The notes: generated by a model from the letters alone, not told the origin. DNA of 63,935 bases, filler included, from Octopus bimaculoides (GCF_001194135.2; 8 parts of 8 records of this genome joined end to end with filler, not necessarily neighbours in it); one strand, 5' to 3'; shown: positions 10,731 to 23,335, numbered from the whole stretch's first letter. Program-made: numbers and translations.

Positions 10731-10910
10731 CTTGACAACCGATGCTGGTGTGTTTACATCCCCGTAACTTAGCGGTTCAGCAAAAGAGAGACCGACAGAA
10801 TAAGTACTAGGCTTCCAAAGAATAAGTCCTGGGGTCGATTTGCTCGACTAAAGGCAGTGCTCCAGCATGGCAGCAGTCAAGTGACTGAAACAAGTAAAAG
10901 TGAGTAAAAG
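10731..10910 (+). mobile_element. SINE family A, 3' half
   Basis: CTTGACAACCGATGCTGGTG...GGGGTCGATTTGCTCGACTAAAGG...GAAACAAGTAAAAG. Confidence 0.85.
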
Positions 10911-10911
10911 A

Positions 10912-11530
10912 GAAGCATTTGCGACATCTGTTTCGCTTTACCGTTAACCAAGATTCCAAAAATGTCAAAACTGCTCGAGACATTTCTGCTGTATACGGAG
11001 AAGGTGCTTGTTACTGAAAGAACTGCACAGAACCGGTTTCCATGTTCCAAGGAGGATCGTTTGAACTGACCCATGGTTGAAGATCTTCGCTAACCCACTT
11101 GGGAATTGGCCTAGCAGCTGCAATGCTCTTGTAATACTGTCACCAGCCATTTCCACTTGATGGATAAAGGCCAAAATCTTGGTGCATACGTGCAACATGC
11201 TCTGAACAAACAAGACAAACACTGACCCCTCTGTTGCTAATTTGACCAAAAATGCAATTCAAGAAGTCAGTTGGGGAATTCTACGGCACCCACTGTCTTC
11301 TCCTGATTATATCACTTCCAAGATAACCACTTGTTTTGTCCATTCTCCAATAATGAGATGGAGAAATGACTCAATGAATTCTTTCAGTCAAGATTCAGTA
11401 ATTTCCACCATAAATATCATTAATAAGCTGCAAGGATGTTGTGAACGACGAAGGAGACTATATTTCTTCATTTTTTTCAATTGTTAATGACAAACAATTC
11501 ATTAAAATAATGAATTTATCTGACAACTTA
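10912..11530 (+). mobile_element. mariner (IS630-Tc1-mariner) deletion derivative
   Basis: KHLRHLFRF..NQDSKNVKTARDISAVYGEGA..ERTAQ (N-terminal HTH), WGILRHPLSSPDY (HPPYSPDL-like) and VVNDEGDYI (C-terminus), with many stops and frameshifts. Confidence 0.8.
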
Positions 11531-11550
11531 AAACATCTATCTATCTATAT

Positions 11551-11590
<40 letters not shown>

Positions 11591-11929
11591 GAAGGAAGAC
11601 TGTCGGTTAGTTGCAACAAGGATACAAGCCAGGACTTGATGAACCCTGACCAGGTCAAGGGGTCAAGTTGATGGATGAGGCAGCAGGTGGGGGGTCCAAT
11701 GTTGAAAGACCCGAAAACCCTCTCAAAACCTCAGAAAAAACATTGATATGCATTCCAAAGCATGTGAGATGCATCTTGGAACTGTGTAAGTGCATGTGTG
11801 TATATGCATACATACATACATATGTGGTATATATATATATATATATACAAACACAGATACATATATAAATATATATATATATATCCCCTCTCTTTCTCTT
11901 TCAGAGAGAGGCACAAGCACATACACAGA

Positions 11930-12095
11930 CATATACATACGCGGCAGTAACTTCCGCCTACCAAATTCAATCACAAAGCTTCGGTCGGCCCCGGGGCTAT
12001 AGCAGAAGACACTTGCCCAAGGTGCCATGCGGTGAGACTGAACCCGAAACCATGTAGCTGAGAAGCAAGCTTCCTAACCACACAGCCATGCCCGC
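11930..12095 (-). mobile_element. SINE family A, 5' half
   Basis: Reverse complement of the family A head. Confidence 0.8.
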
Positions 12096-13227
12096 ACCTA
12101 TATATCTATATACACACGTACACACACGCATGTATATTTCCATGTTTGTCTTAGATTTCGTTTTAAAAACATCAAGAGCTCGAAGGAGAGACAAAAATAA
12201 ACGAATAAAATNNNNNNNNNNNNNNNNNNNNNNNNNNNNNNNNNNNNNNNNNNNNNNNNNNNNNNNNNNNNNNNNNNNNNNNNNNNNNNNNNNNNNNNNN
12301 NNNNNNNNNNNNNNNNNNNNNNNNNNNNNNNNNNNNNNNNNNNNNNNNNNNNNNNNNNNNNNNNNNNNNNNNNNNNNNNNNNNNNNNNNNNNNNNNNNNN
12401 NNNNNNNNNNNNNNNNNNNNNNNNNNNNNNNNNNNNNNNNNNNNNNNNNNNNNNNNNNNNNNNNNNNNNNNNNNNNNNNNNNNNNNNNNNNNNNNNNNNN
12501 NNNNNNNNNNNNNNNNNNNNNNNNNNNNNNNNNNNNNNNNNNNNNNNNNNNNNNNNNNNNNNNNNNNNNNNNNNNNNNNNNNNNNNNNNNNNNNNNNNNN
12601 NNNNNNNNNNNNNNNNNNNNNNNNNNNNNNNNNNNNNNNNNNNNNNNNNNNNNNNNNNNNNNNNNNNNNNNNNNNNNNNNNNNNNNNNNNNNNNNNNNNN
12701 NNNNNNNNNNNNNNNNNNNNNNNNNNNNNNNNNNNNNNNNNNNNNNNNNNNNNNNNNNNNNNNNNNNNNNNNNNNNNNNNNNNNNNNNNNNNNNNNNNNN
12801 NNNNNNNNNNNNNNNNNNNNNNNNNNNNNNNNNNNNNNNNNNNNNNNNNNNNNNNNNNNNNNNNNNNNNNNNNNNNNNNNNNNNNNNNNNNNNNNNNNNN
12901 NNNNNNNNNNNNNNNNNNNNNNNNNNNNNNNNNNNNNNNNNNNNNNNNNNNNNNNNNNNNNNNNNNNNNNNNNNNNNNNNNNNNNNNNNNNNNNNNNNNN
13001 NNNNNNNNNNNNNNNNNNNNNNNNNNNNNNNNAATTAATTTTAATTTTTTCTTTTCTTTCAAATTCTTCTTTCTTTTTTTTTTTTTTTATTTCTGCAATA
13101 ATAAAAATTCTTACAAGTTCAAAGAAATTCAGGAAGATTGGTGGAGGGGAGGAGAGGAGAGCGTAGGTAATGAAAGGTTTGAGGGGAGGGGAAAAAAAGA
13201 GCAAAAAACGAAATGTTTTTTTTATAT

Positions 13228-13258
<31 letters not shown>

Positions 13259-13637
13259 GATAATAATAATAATAATTGTAGAAGGTAATAGTTACATTAG
13301 TGGTTAGAAGCCATAGAAATAGTAGTAATAGCAGTAGTAGTAGTAGTAAAATATAAGCAGCACAAACACACACACTTGATGGACAAGAAATACAAGATTT
13401 ATAGTGCAGCTGCCTTCTGAGAGAGAGAGAGAGAGAGAGAGAAGTAAGAATATATATGTGTGTGCGTGTATATATATATATATGTGTGTGTGTGAGTGTG
13501 TGCGTATATACATATATATATGTGCATATATATATATGTATATATATACATATACACACATATATATATATCTTATATGTATGTATATATATTTTGTATT
13601 ATATTTATATTTATATATTATATTATTATATTATGTG

Positions 13638-13680
<43 letters not shown>

Positions 13681-13780
13681 NNNNNNNNNNNNNNNNNNNN
13701 NNNNNNNNNNNNNNNNNNNNNNNNTTAATTAATTAANNNNNNNNNNNNNNNNNNNNNNNNNNNNNNNNNNNNNNNNNNNN

Positions 13781-13843
13781 GTAAACACACCAGAATCGGT
13801 TGTCAAGCGATGCTGTGGGGGACAAACACAGACACACAAACAT

Positions 13844-13890
<47 letters not shown>

Positions 13891-14040
13891 TACGACAGGC
13901 TTCTTTCAGTTTCCATCTACCAAATCCACTTACAAGGCTTTGGTCAGCCCGAGGCTATAGTAGAAGACACTTGCCCAAGGTGCCACGCAGAGGGAATGAA
14001 CCTGGAACCATGTGGTTGGTAAGCAAGCTACTTACCACCA
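13781..14040 (-). mobile_element. SINE family A
   Basis: Reverse complement with internal (TA)n. Confidence 0.8.
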
Positions 14041-14224
14041 GGAAAGAAGGCAGTTCCCATGACCTTTCTCAGAGCCTGCAAGACTGGTAAAAGGTAGGGA
14101 TGAAGGCATCCTCAAAATCGGGATCGGCCCTGAATGCTTGCGAAAGAGTGGATGTTGCCAAGAACACCTAAAGTGCCAGGTGGTGATATTAAACTAGGCA
14201 ACATGTTGTGTAACACCCAAATAA

Positions 14225-14460
14225 GCCATGGTGGGATTTGAACTCAGAATGCAAAGAACCAGAACATGTATCACAAGGTATCCAATCAGACGCTGTTACC
14301 GTTCCACCAGTCCATAGCCTTGGATTGGTACTTTTGTTTTTCATCGACTCTGAAAGGATGAAAGGCAAAGTTGACCCCGGTAGGATTTGAACTCAGAACA
14401 GCAAGAATCAGAACAAATGCAGCAAGACATTTTGTCTAACATTCTAATGAATCTGACAGC
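14225..14460 (-). mobile_element. Two degenerate SINE family B heads/cores
   Basis: GGATTTGAACTCAGAA (reverse B box) occurs twice, plus GAAAGGATGAAAGGCAAAGTTGACC. Confidence 0.65.
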
Positions 14461-14718
14461 AATCATGCGATTACCACTGACCATACTGCCTGCTGTTTAC
14501 TCAATTCATCACCAAAGCAATCTTTCCTTACCCTTCACTGTCAACCCTGCTACTCAACCCCTCCAGCATAACATTGCACAACGCTCCAGTCTTCTCCAAA
14601 CTGACCCTGCTAGCTCTCACTTCTCTCCAGAACACACACTCCTGTCAACAATAATTCTGGGTGGTTTTCTAGTCCAGTTACTTCACTTCTCGCCATATGG
14701 TCTGGAACCTAGCCTATC

Positions 14719-14780
<62 letters not shown>

Positions 14781-14902
14781 AGATTTTTTGAAAGTTGCAT
14801 TCCCTCGCTTTCGGTAAATATGTGCTTATTTTTTGGTAGTTTTGACTTATTTAGTCCCTCTAAGCGTGAGGCATTACTATATAGTAATGCCCTTATATAA
14901 AT

Positions 14903-14947
<45 letters not shown>

Positions 14948-15464
14948 CAAATTTATAGAAAAACAAAGACAGGTGTGGGAACAACAAGCAAGTGTATTAG
15001 TTTGATGCTCATACTACACACACACGCACACATTGCCATCTGTGTGCATAATCTTGTGCCTTCAGCTGGCACCAATTGCATTTTTACATTTCATGACTTT
15101 TGGCCCAACTTATACTTAAATACAGTGTGTGTGTGTGTGTGTGTAAACATCAAAATTGTCATGGCTGGAGGTGTGTCCAACTAAGATTATTTATGGATAA
15201 TGTTTACTTATTCTTCCTAACATAAATAACCACAACATCAACACACATATACACATACAGAAAAATACACACACATATTCACCTAAGGTCATGTTATGTT
15301 AGTCAGAGGGAGGTGGGGGTTAGGAATCTGCAGGCAGGCAAACAAGAAGTGTGAAATCTCAGGCATTACACACAAAATTAAGGTGGGAAACTGAAGAGGC
15401 TGATGTGAAATAGATGAACTATTACAGTAAATTGCAAACCACACACGTACACATGCGTATCTTT

Positions 15465-15758
15465 TAACTTGTACTGGCTTCAGTCATTGGACTGCAGCCA
15501 TACTGGGGCACTGCCTTAAAGGGTTTATTGAACAAATCAAGCCCAGTGCTTTTTTTTTTATGGCTGATACTTATTCTGATAGTCCCTTTTGCTAGATAGT
15601 CCCTTTTGCTAAACTGCTAAGTTTAAACAGACATAAAATTACCAATATTAGTAGTCAGGTAGTCATGGGGGCACAAACGTGCATGCATGCACACACGCAC
15701 AACAATTTTTTTCAGTTTGTATCTACCAATTCCTTTCACAAAACTTTGGTCAGCTTGA

Positions 15759-15760
<2 letters not shown>
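15465..15760 (-). mobile_element. Old, degenerate SINE family A copy
   Basis: CTTCAGTCATTGGACTGCAGCCATACTGGGGCACTGCC...TACTTATTCT...CAGTTTGTATCTACCAATTCC. Confidence 0.6.
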
Positions 15761-15805
<45 letters not shown>

Positions 15806-16439
15806 GTCTATCCTTATTATTTATACTCGTATCGGTTGTATCTAAGGCGGTCAATTGGAAAGTTTGTTAGAGCATGGAATAGAATATGTCGTGATATTTG
15901 ATCTGATTGTGGTCTGAGGATCAAATTCAGTTGAGACCTACTTTGCCTTTCAACCTTTCAAGTTCAGTAAATAAACAAACAGGATTGGCCCAGGGATTGG
16001 CCCAGGGATTGGCCCAGCTTTCTCTCCCTCCAGCTGTTACATTCTGATGTTCTGGTAAGTCAATGGCAGGAAGGTTCAGAGGATGTCAGTGTCTGCTTGT
16101 GACCATGTAGGCACCTAAAACAATTAGCATTAGAAAAATGGTGCAGGCTTCTCAGTCATACTTGCTTGTGAGTAACAGCTGATACTTATATCAATTAGAA
16201 ACAGACAAACAGATGTATTATAAAGATTCCAAATTTTGTGAGATAATATCACCAATAAACACAAAATACATAATCGATAAGTACTTGTTTTCTTCGCACT
16301 GGAAGGACAAAAGGTAAATTTGACCACAAGAAGAACTCAGAACACACACAAAAAAAAGAAAAAAAATCATAGTTAAATACTAGGTGGCATTTTGTGCAAA
16401 GATCTACTTCTTCAGCAAATATACCACTCCCAAATAATA

Positions 16440-16590
16440 TGATTGATTGATTGATTGATTGAGATAGATAGAGATATAGAGATAGATATAGAAATAGATA
16501 GATATAGAGATAGATAGATATATAGATAGATAGATAGATAGACAGATAGATAGATAGATAGACAGATAGATAGATAGATACAGATAGATA
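16440..16590. repeat. (GATT)n/(GATA)n compound microsatellite
   Basis: Seen directly; it abuts the 3' end of the Tx1-like LINE. Confidence 0.95.
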
Positions 16591-17835
16591 TGTTTCTTTA
16601 TTGGCCACATAGGGCTGAACACAGAGGGGACAAAATACAAAGTAGAGCTTTTCTTTTTGGGAAGAGAAGGAAAAAAAAGAAAAAAGAGTGGGCGTAGAAA
16701 TTCGATCAAAAGGGATCGTGTATCACAGAAATGTCATAGTGTAAGGAGGGGAAACAGATTAGGTTTATCTGTGGAAAAAAAAGCCTACGGAAAAAACCAC
16801 AGTAACCTCGGGCAATAATGTCATGCAAAAAAACGCATGACAGTAAGTGACTCTTTTTTCCCTACTTTTTGGGGGTTCATAGGATTATGCACAAGGTGGC
16901 TTCATCATTCACATGCCATCCTTGCTACATTCACTCATTTTTTGAAACATTCACTAGACAAAACTTCCCTCTCTACTCTCATCTTCCTCTTCAAGTGATA
17001 CTTAAAGAAGTTGATGAGAGATTCACCAGAGAGGAAAGTGTTTGTCTCTAGACCTTTCAGATGCATCCACCGTACACATTCTTTCACCATAGCCACAGGT
17101 ACGATGAAAATGGCTCTTCCTTCCTATTTCAAGGAAGGAGGCGTGACAATATTCACAATAGACTCGGTTGATAAACCGACTCATCCCACACGCGATAGCA
17201 GTCGTTTGATATAGGCCCACAGGTCAGAAATGGTTGGACACTATACAAGTGCATGCAGAACGGTTTCATCGCTCTGACTGCATCTCGGGCAGGTCAGCCC
17301 TGTGTTTTTTGAGCTGTGACTGTAGAGCTTATCCCGAACGGGTAGCACTTCTCGATAGCCCTGCCAGGCCAGGGATCTCTGGAAGTTGTCCATAGGTCTT
17401 GGCCCAAAAGTCGTCTTGAACAGGCAGGTCAGGTATTCCTTGTCAACGCCCTGGTTTGGCCCGAGATCATCGTCGTACCTCCCCTCCACTAATCCTCTAT
17501 AGAATGCTTTGGTTGTGTTGACATTGCTCAAGGTCGACCCGAGACAGCATAGTTGCTTAAGAGCAACACAACACTCGCGGTGCCATTCGCCCTTCTTCGG
17601 CCTCTTTTTGATCCACGACTGCAGTTTGGTCATGGAGACGAGCTGTGGGAAAGCGCACCTCACAAACGGCAACCACACCTGTTCACCGTCGTCTACGTAG
17701 AGCCGGAGATGTTGCAGTCTCAGTGCGTGTCTGCACATCATCAACCATGGCATGCCCAGCCCTCCTTTTAATGGGTGTTGGCAGCAAACAGATCGCCTCG
17801 CGGATCGCAAACGGCAGCACCAAAGAAAGTAATAA
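16591..17835 (-). mobile_element. 5'-truncated Tx1/L1-group LINE: ORF2 C-terminus with zf-RVT, 3' UTR and tail
   Basis: FLW...RRSVCCQHPLKGGLGMP...SLAWQGYREVLPVRDKLY...TCPRCSQSDETVLHALV*CP is the L1/Tx1 GGLG motif plus the C-x2-C...E-T-x-x-H-x3-C zinc knuckle. The reading continues with stops to ~16880, followed by a T-rich UTR and AATAAAGAAAC. Confidence 0.85.
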
Positions 17836-18229
17836 ACAGTCAAAGAAAAATTTATTATATTTATAGATGGAAGACTAACATAAAAATAGAAGGGCAATGG
17901 AATGTAATGTGAAACTTGCATAAGTGTAAGAGCTTTCTTTGAAGGTAGTTCTGCTATGACAGTGAGTGATAACGTGCTGATCATAAAATGGATAATAGCT
18001 GACTGAATGGCTTCTTGCTTTACCAATGCCAGTAATTGGAAGTCATACCACGAGCAGATCGTTAATGCTCATTGACTTCATTTATTGTTCTGTGATAGTT
18101 CTGTCTGAATAACTATTTCTTACCAGTGCGTGTAAGCAAGTGAATCTCAGTGTCTATGTTAAAGAGTCATCGCAAGCTTGAGTCAGTGAATGAGTGAAAA
18201 TAGTGCAATTTCAGTTGAAGATGAACCCA

Positions 18230-18445
18230 TACTCTCTCTTTTACTCTTTTACTTGTTTCAGTCATTTGACTGTGGCCATGCTGGAGCACCGCCTTTAGTC
18301 AAGAAAATCGACCCCAGGACTTATTTTTGTAAGCCTAGTACTTATTCTATCGGTCACTTTTTGCCGAACCGCTAAGTTACAGGGACGTAAACACACCACC
18401 ATCAGTTGTCAAGCGATGGTGGGGGGACAAACACAAACACACATT
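18230..18445 (-). mobile_element. SINE family A, 3' half
   Basis: Reverse complement match. Confidence 0.85.
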
Positions 18446-19126
18446 TATATATATATATATATATAAGAATTTAAGGATTGGAGAAAACGCATGTTATAAT
18501 TGCATACTTTATTCCTACATATGTTTCAAAGGATTACAACCTGTGTGATCCATAGGGATCTTTGATANNNNNNNNNNNNNNNNNNNNNNNNNNNNNNNNN
18601 NNNNNNNNNNNNNNNNNNNNNNNNNNNNNNNNNNNNNNNNNNNNNNNNNNNNNNNNNNNNNNNNNNNNNNNNNNNNNNNNNNNNNNNNNNNNNNNNNNNN
18701 NNNNNNNNNNNNNNNNNNNNNNNNNNNNNNNNNNNNNNNNNNNNNNNNNNNNNNNNNNNNNNNNNNNNNNNNNNNNNNNNNNNNNNNNNNNNNNNNNNNN
18801 NNNNNNNNNNNNNNNNNNNNNNNNNNNNNNNNNNNNNNNNNNNNNNNNNNNNNNNNNNNNNNNNNNNNNNNNNNNNNNNNNNNNNNNNNNNNNNNNNNNN
18901 NNNNNNNNNNNNNNNNNNNNNNNNNNNNNNNNNNNNNNNNNNNNNNNNNNNNNNNNNNNNNNNNNNNNNNNNNNNNNNNNNNNNNNNNNNNNNNNNNNNN
19001 NNNNNNNNNNNNNNNNNNNNNNNNNNNNNNNNNNNNNNNNNNNNNNNNNNNNNNNNNNNNNNNNNNNNNNNNNNNNNNNNNNNNNNNNNNNNNNNNNNNN
19101 NNNNNNNNNNNNNNNNNNNNNNNNNN

Positions 19127-19159
<33 letters not shown>

Positions 19160-19164
<5 letters not shown>

Positions 19165-19325
19165 GACAGGCTTCTTTCAGTTTCCGTCTACCAAATCCAC
19201 TCACAAGGCTTTGGTCGGCCTGAAGCTATAGTAGAAGACACTTGCCCAAGGTGCCACGCAGTGGGTCTGAACCTGGAACCACGTGGTTGGTAAGCAAGCT
19301 ACTTACCACACAGTCATTCCTGTGC
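19160..19325 (-). mobile_element. SINE family A, 5' half
   Basis: Reverse complement match. Confidence 0.85.
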
Positions 19326-21495
19326 CTATATTTGTTATTTTTCAAAAAAATTTTCATTTTGGTACCAGTATTTCTGAATATCTGTAAGAACTTAATAAAT
19401 TAGGAATTTTTATTATTTTTAAAATAAGATTGAGGGCCACCAGAAGGATGCTTGAGAGATACATGTGTCTCTGAAAGACATGGTTGAGGACTACTGGCAC
19501 AGAGGGAAAAGAGGGTAAAAGTTAGATAGAGAATTAATGACACATGTTTTAACAAAATTTTGCAGTGATAGGTTTTTGATGGAGTAGATTGTGATTAAGT
19601 TGGTAAAATTTTTAAAAAATAAGATTTATTGCAAATATACAAATGAGATATTTGTTTTATTTAATTTTATGCTAAAGTAATATATAATTCTGTTTTGAAA
19701 ATTAGCATTCATTTCACCATTTTGTATAAACATCAAGAAATTCAATAAAAGCTGAAAATTCTTCAAGGTGGTGCCCCAGCAAGGCTGTCGTCTAATGACT
19801 GAAACAAGTAAAATAAAAGAAGATTATNNNNNNNNNNNNNNNNNNNNNNNNNNNNNNNNNNNNNNNNNNNNNNNNNNNNNNNNNNNNNNNNNNNNNNNNN
19901 NNNNNNNNNNNNNNNNNNNNNNNNNNNNNNNNNNNNNNNNNNNNNNNNNNNNNNNNNNNNNNNNNNNNNNNNNNNNNNNNNNNNNNNNNNNNNNNNNNNN
20001 NNNNNNNNNNNNNNNNNNNNNNNNNNNNNNNNNNNNNNNNNNNNNNNNNNNNNNNNNNNNNNNNNNNNNNNNNNNNNNNNNNNNNNNNNNNNNNNNNNNN
20101 NNNNNNNNNNNNNNNNNNNNNNNNNNNNNNNNNNNNNNNNNNNNNNNNNNNNNNNNNNNNNNNNNNNNNNNNNNNNNNNNNNNNNNNNNNNNNNNNNNNN
20201 NNNNNNNNNNNNNNNNNNNNNNNNNNNNNNNNNNNNNNNNNNNNNNNNNNNNNNNNNNNNNNNNNNNNNNNNNNNNNNNNNNNNNNNNNNNNNNNNNNNN
20301 NNNNNNNNNNNNNNNNNNNNTTTAATATTTAATAGTCAAGATAGAAGGCAGTGCCCATGACCCTTCATGGACCATCTGAGACTGGTGGGAGAGCAAAATC
20401 CTGAACCAGGTAACTGATGCTCTGACATCAGTTGGAAAAGTCATCATGGTCCAAGACAGTTCTTATTTGGAGTTACTACCCACCTTGGTTGGTTGAGGAC
20501 CACATCTCGCTCAAGTTTCATTTCTGGTATGATTTCTACAAAGTGGATGCTCTATCATCAACCACTTTACAGGACACAACGAGTGCCTTGTAACATACAT
20601 GGTGCCAACTGTGGAGGGCTTGTTATGCCCCCAGCAAAGCAAAGATTCCTCTCTATGCTATATTGTCTTCATCATCTATGTGTGTGTGTGTGTGTGCATG
20701 CGCGTGTACATACATTCACACACATATATTCATGTATGTTGGTTTCTTCTCTCATACTTTAACCCCTAATCTCCTAGTATAACATTGCTTCCCTCTCTAT
20801 TGGAGCCCCTCTCAGCCAAAGGGGATCTTAGTCCTGAAAGGTGCATGATGTCCTCAGTAATGCAAGGGCAAAAAACAAAAAAGCGCCTAGTACATGCTGT
20901 AAATTAGTTGGCATGAGGAAAAGCATCCAGCCAAAGAAACCCTACCAAAGCAGACACTGAAGCACAATGCAGTCTTTGGAACTGTCAATCCTATCAAACA
21001 GTCCAACCTGGGTCACCACAGAACACTGACAATAAATGATAATAAGGATGATAGTATGTGCATGACATTTTTACACACACACGCAATACATAAATATCTA
21101 TCACCCATACACACACACACACACACACAGACCACACACACACACATAATATATGTGTGTGTGTGTGTGTATGTATATATATATATATATATATATNNNN
21201 NNNNNNNNNNNNNNNNNNNNNNNNNNNNNNNNNNNNNNNNNNNNNNNNNNNNNNNNNNNNNNNNNNNNNNNNNNNNNNNNNNNNNNNNNNNNNNNNNNNN
21301 NNNNNNNNNNNNNNNNNNNNNNNNNNNNNNNNNNNNNNNNNNNNNNNNNNNNNNNNNNNNNNNNNNNNNNNNNNNNNNNNNNNNNNNNNNNNNNNNNNNN
21401 NNNNNNNNNNNNNNNNNNNNNNNNNNNNNNNNNNNNNNNNNNNNNNNNNNNNNNNNNNNNNNNNNNNNNNNNNNNNNNNNNNNNNNNNNNNNNNN

Positions 21496-21810
21496 CGGTG
21501 CTGTGATCGAATGCGACTTTTTAGCCCAGCCAAAGATCTACAATGTCTTGCACAGAGTTGGCATCCAAAACCTTTCCTGGCAATAGCAGGCTGTTGTTGT
21601 AATTGGGCTCCATGTACCTTTGCGTGTCGTTTAACTCCTCCTGCTGAATCACACTCCCTTCCACATGCCTGACAGACAGGATTAGTATGGTGTGTAGCAT
21701 CATCACCAGCGGCCTGGTAGTCAATCATCGGTCTTGCTTTATGACTACAAAGATGCCTCATGAGTCCAGCTTTACTGAGGCACGGTCTTGCACAGACACT
21801 GCATGTCAGT
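21496..21810 (-). mobile_element. Three tandem C2H2-like zinc fingers, probably the C-terminus of an RTE-type LINE ORF
   Basis: Open frame CSVCARPCLSKAGLMRHLCSH / CQACGRECDSAGGVKRHAKVH / CQLCARHCRSLAGLKSRIRSQH. The C..C.R.C.S..GL..H pattern is typical of RTE C-termini, and there are no TGEKP linkers. Confidence 0.6.
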
Positions 21811-23064
21811 GTGTGTGTATATATACACACACACACATACACGCATATGTATATATGGCAGTGGGACCCTGTTATGTCCCAATTACTGCTGTCATCTTTC
21901 ATAAAGCAATAATAGCCATGAAGTAGGTGCAACCAAAAACAGAAGATTTTGATCACCACCATTATCAACAACAACTAGAATAATGAGTGAGCCTCTAAGA
22001 GGTCATTCATCCTGCTAGTGATAGCAGCCAAATCTCTATCAAACCACATCCTGCTTTCTTAGAAATAAAGCACGTAACTTATTGCAGTCCTAGATAAACA
22101 AAATGGGATTGTGATGGACGGAATGTTTTTAATCTTAATGCTGCCTAATCTAAATAAAAGACAACAAGAATAGACTATTTGCAAATGAATAAAACTTGAA
22201 AATTCAGAAATGGAGAGAGTGACATAGTGGGGGTGAAATAGGGTGGGGGGTGTCAGACTGACATCACAGGGAGAAGGTCTACAGAGTAAACTCCACATAC
22301 ATATAAATATATACATAAACACATGCAGTAAATACACAGTACAATACACACACACACACATACACTCAAATATTTATATACACATTCACATAAAACATGC
22401 ACATGTATACCCATACAAAAACAAATGTAGTTACTTAGTGTGGTTAACTATGTTTGTATAAATTTGTTATGCTGTGTGTGTGTGAGTTTGGTATGTGTTT
22501 GTGTCTGTGAAGTAGTTATATATATATAAAATATATATTTTATATATATATATATATATATGGGTGGCTGATTGCATGGTTGGGGAAATGGAAGTCTGTA
22601 GCAAAAGAGCAGTTTCCTAAAATAGGAAGAAAAAAACATGTTGAGCAGTTTCTCCCATTAGTATGTGTGAGATACAGTGTCCATACATGGGCGTTTGTTT
22701 CCAACAAGATAAAAAAAAAAAATCTGTTGAGTAGGGTAAATTCCTTAAGTGCCTTCAAACAGAGAAAACACTCCACAAAAAAAAAAAAAATCAACTAAGA
22801 CCAAAAGATTTTGGATGGTTATTATTATTGTTATTATTATTGTTATTATTATTAACGCAATTGTAGCAAGTGATCAGAACAACAGTTAAGACTTATTCTT
22901 TCACTATAATAAAGTATTCGGTAAGAGCAGTGATAGTATACACATACATCTACACACACACACACACACACAATATATATATATATGCACTTAAAGACAC
23001 ACTCATATACATATGCATACACATGCACACACAGTTGTACATAAAATTATTTACACATATTTGC

Positions 23065-23238
23065 ATACAGGAGTAGGCGCAGGAGTGGCTGTGTGGTAAG
23101 TAGCTTGCTTACCAACCCCATGGTTCTGGGTTCAGTCCCACTGTGTGGCACCTTGGGCAAGTGTCTTCAACAATAGCCTCGGGCCGACCAAAGCCTTGTG
23201 AGTGGATTTGGTAGACAGAAACTGAAAGAAGCCCGTCG

Positions 23239-23269
<31 letters not shown>

Positions 23270-23335
23270 GTATACGTATATATATATGTGTGTGTGTTTG
23301 TGTGTCTGTGTTTGTTCCCCCACAACATCGCTGGG
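23065..23335 (+). mobile_element. SINE family A, 5' half to mid 3' half
   Basis: GGCGCAGGAGTGGCTGTGTGGTAAGTAGC... near-consensus head. Confidence 0.85.

Noticed and set aside
12088-13204. Long ORFs in the track (also those at 7969, 18515, 19768, 50797, 58630)
   Set aside because: Their length comes from N runs translated as X and from microsatellites; there is no coding evidence.
13725-13736. TTAATTAATTAA islands inside N runs (also 25602, 31107, 50370, 57558, 60272, 62526)
   Set aside because: An identical 12-mer centred in 100-bp gaps that places stop codons in all six frames. It is an assembly spacer, not biology.
15980-16017. (GGATTGGCCCAG)x3 containing reverse CCAAT boxes
   Set aside because: A short slippage repeat at the end of a decayed SINE B; no other promoter evidence.
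17835-18026. N-terminal part of the 261-aa minus-strand ORF
   Set aside because: AT-rich flank read through by chance; Tx1 homology starts only at about 17835.
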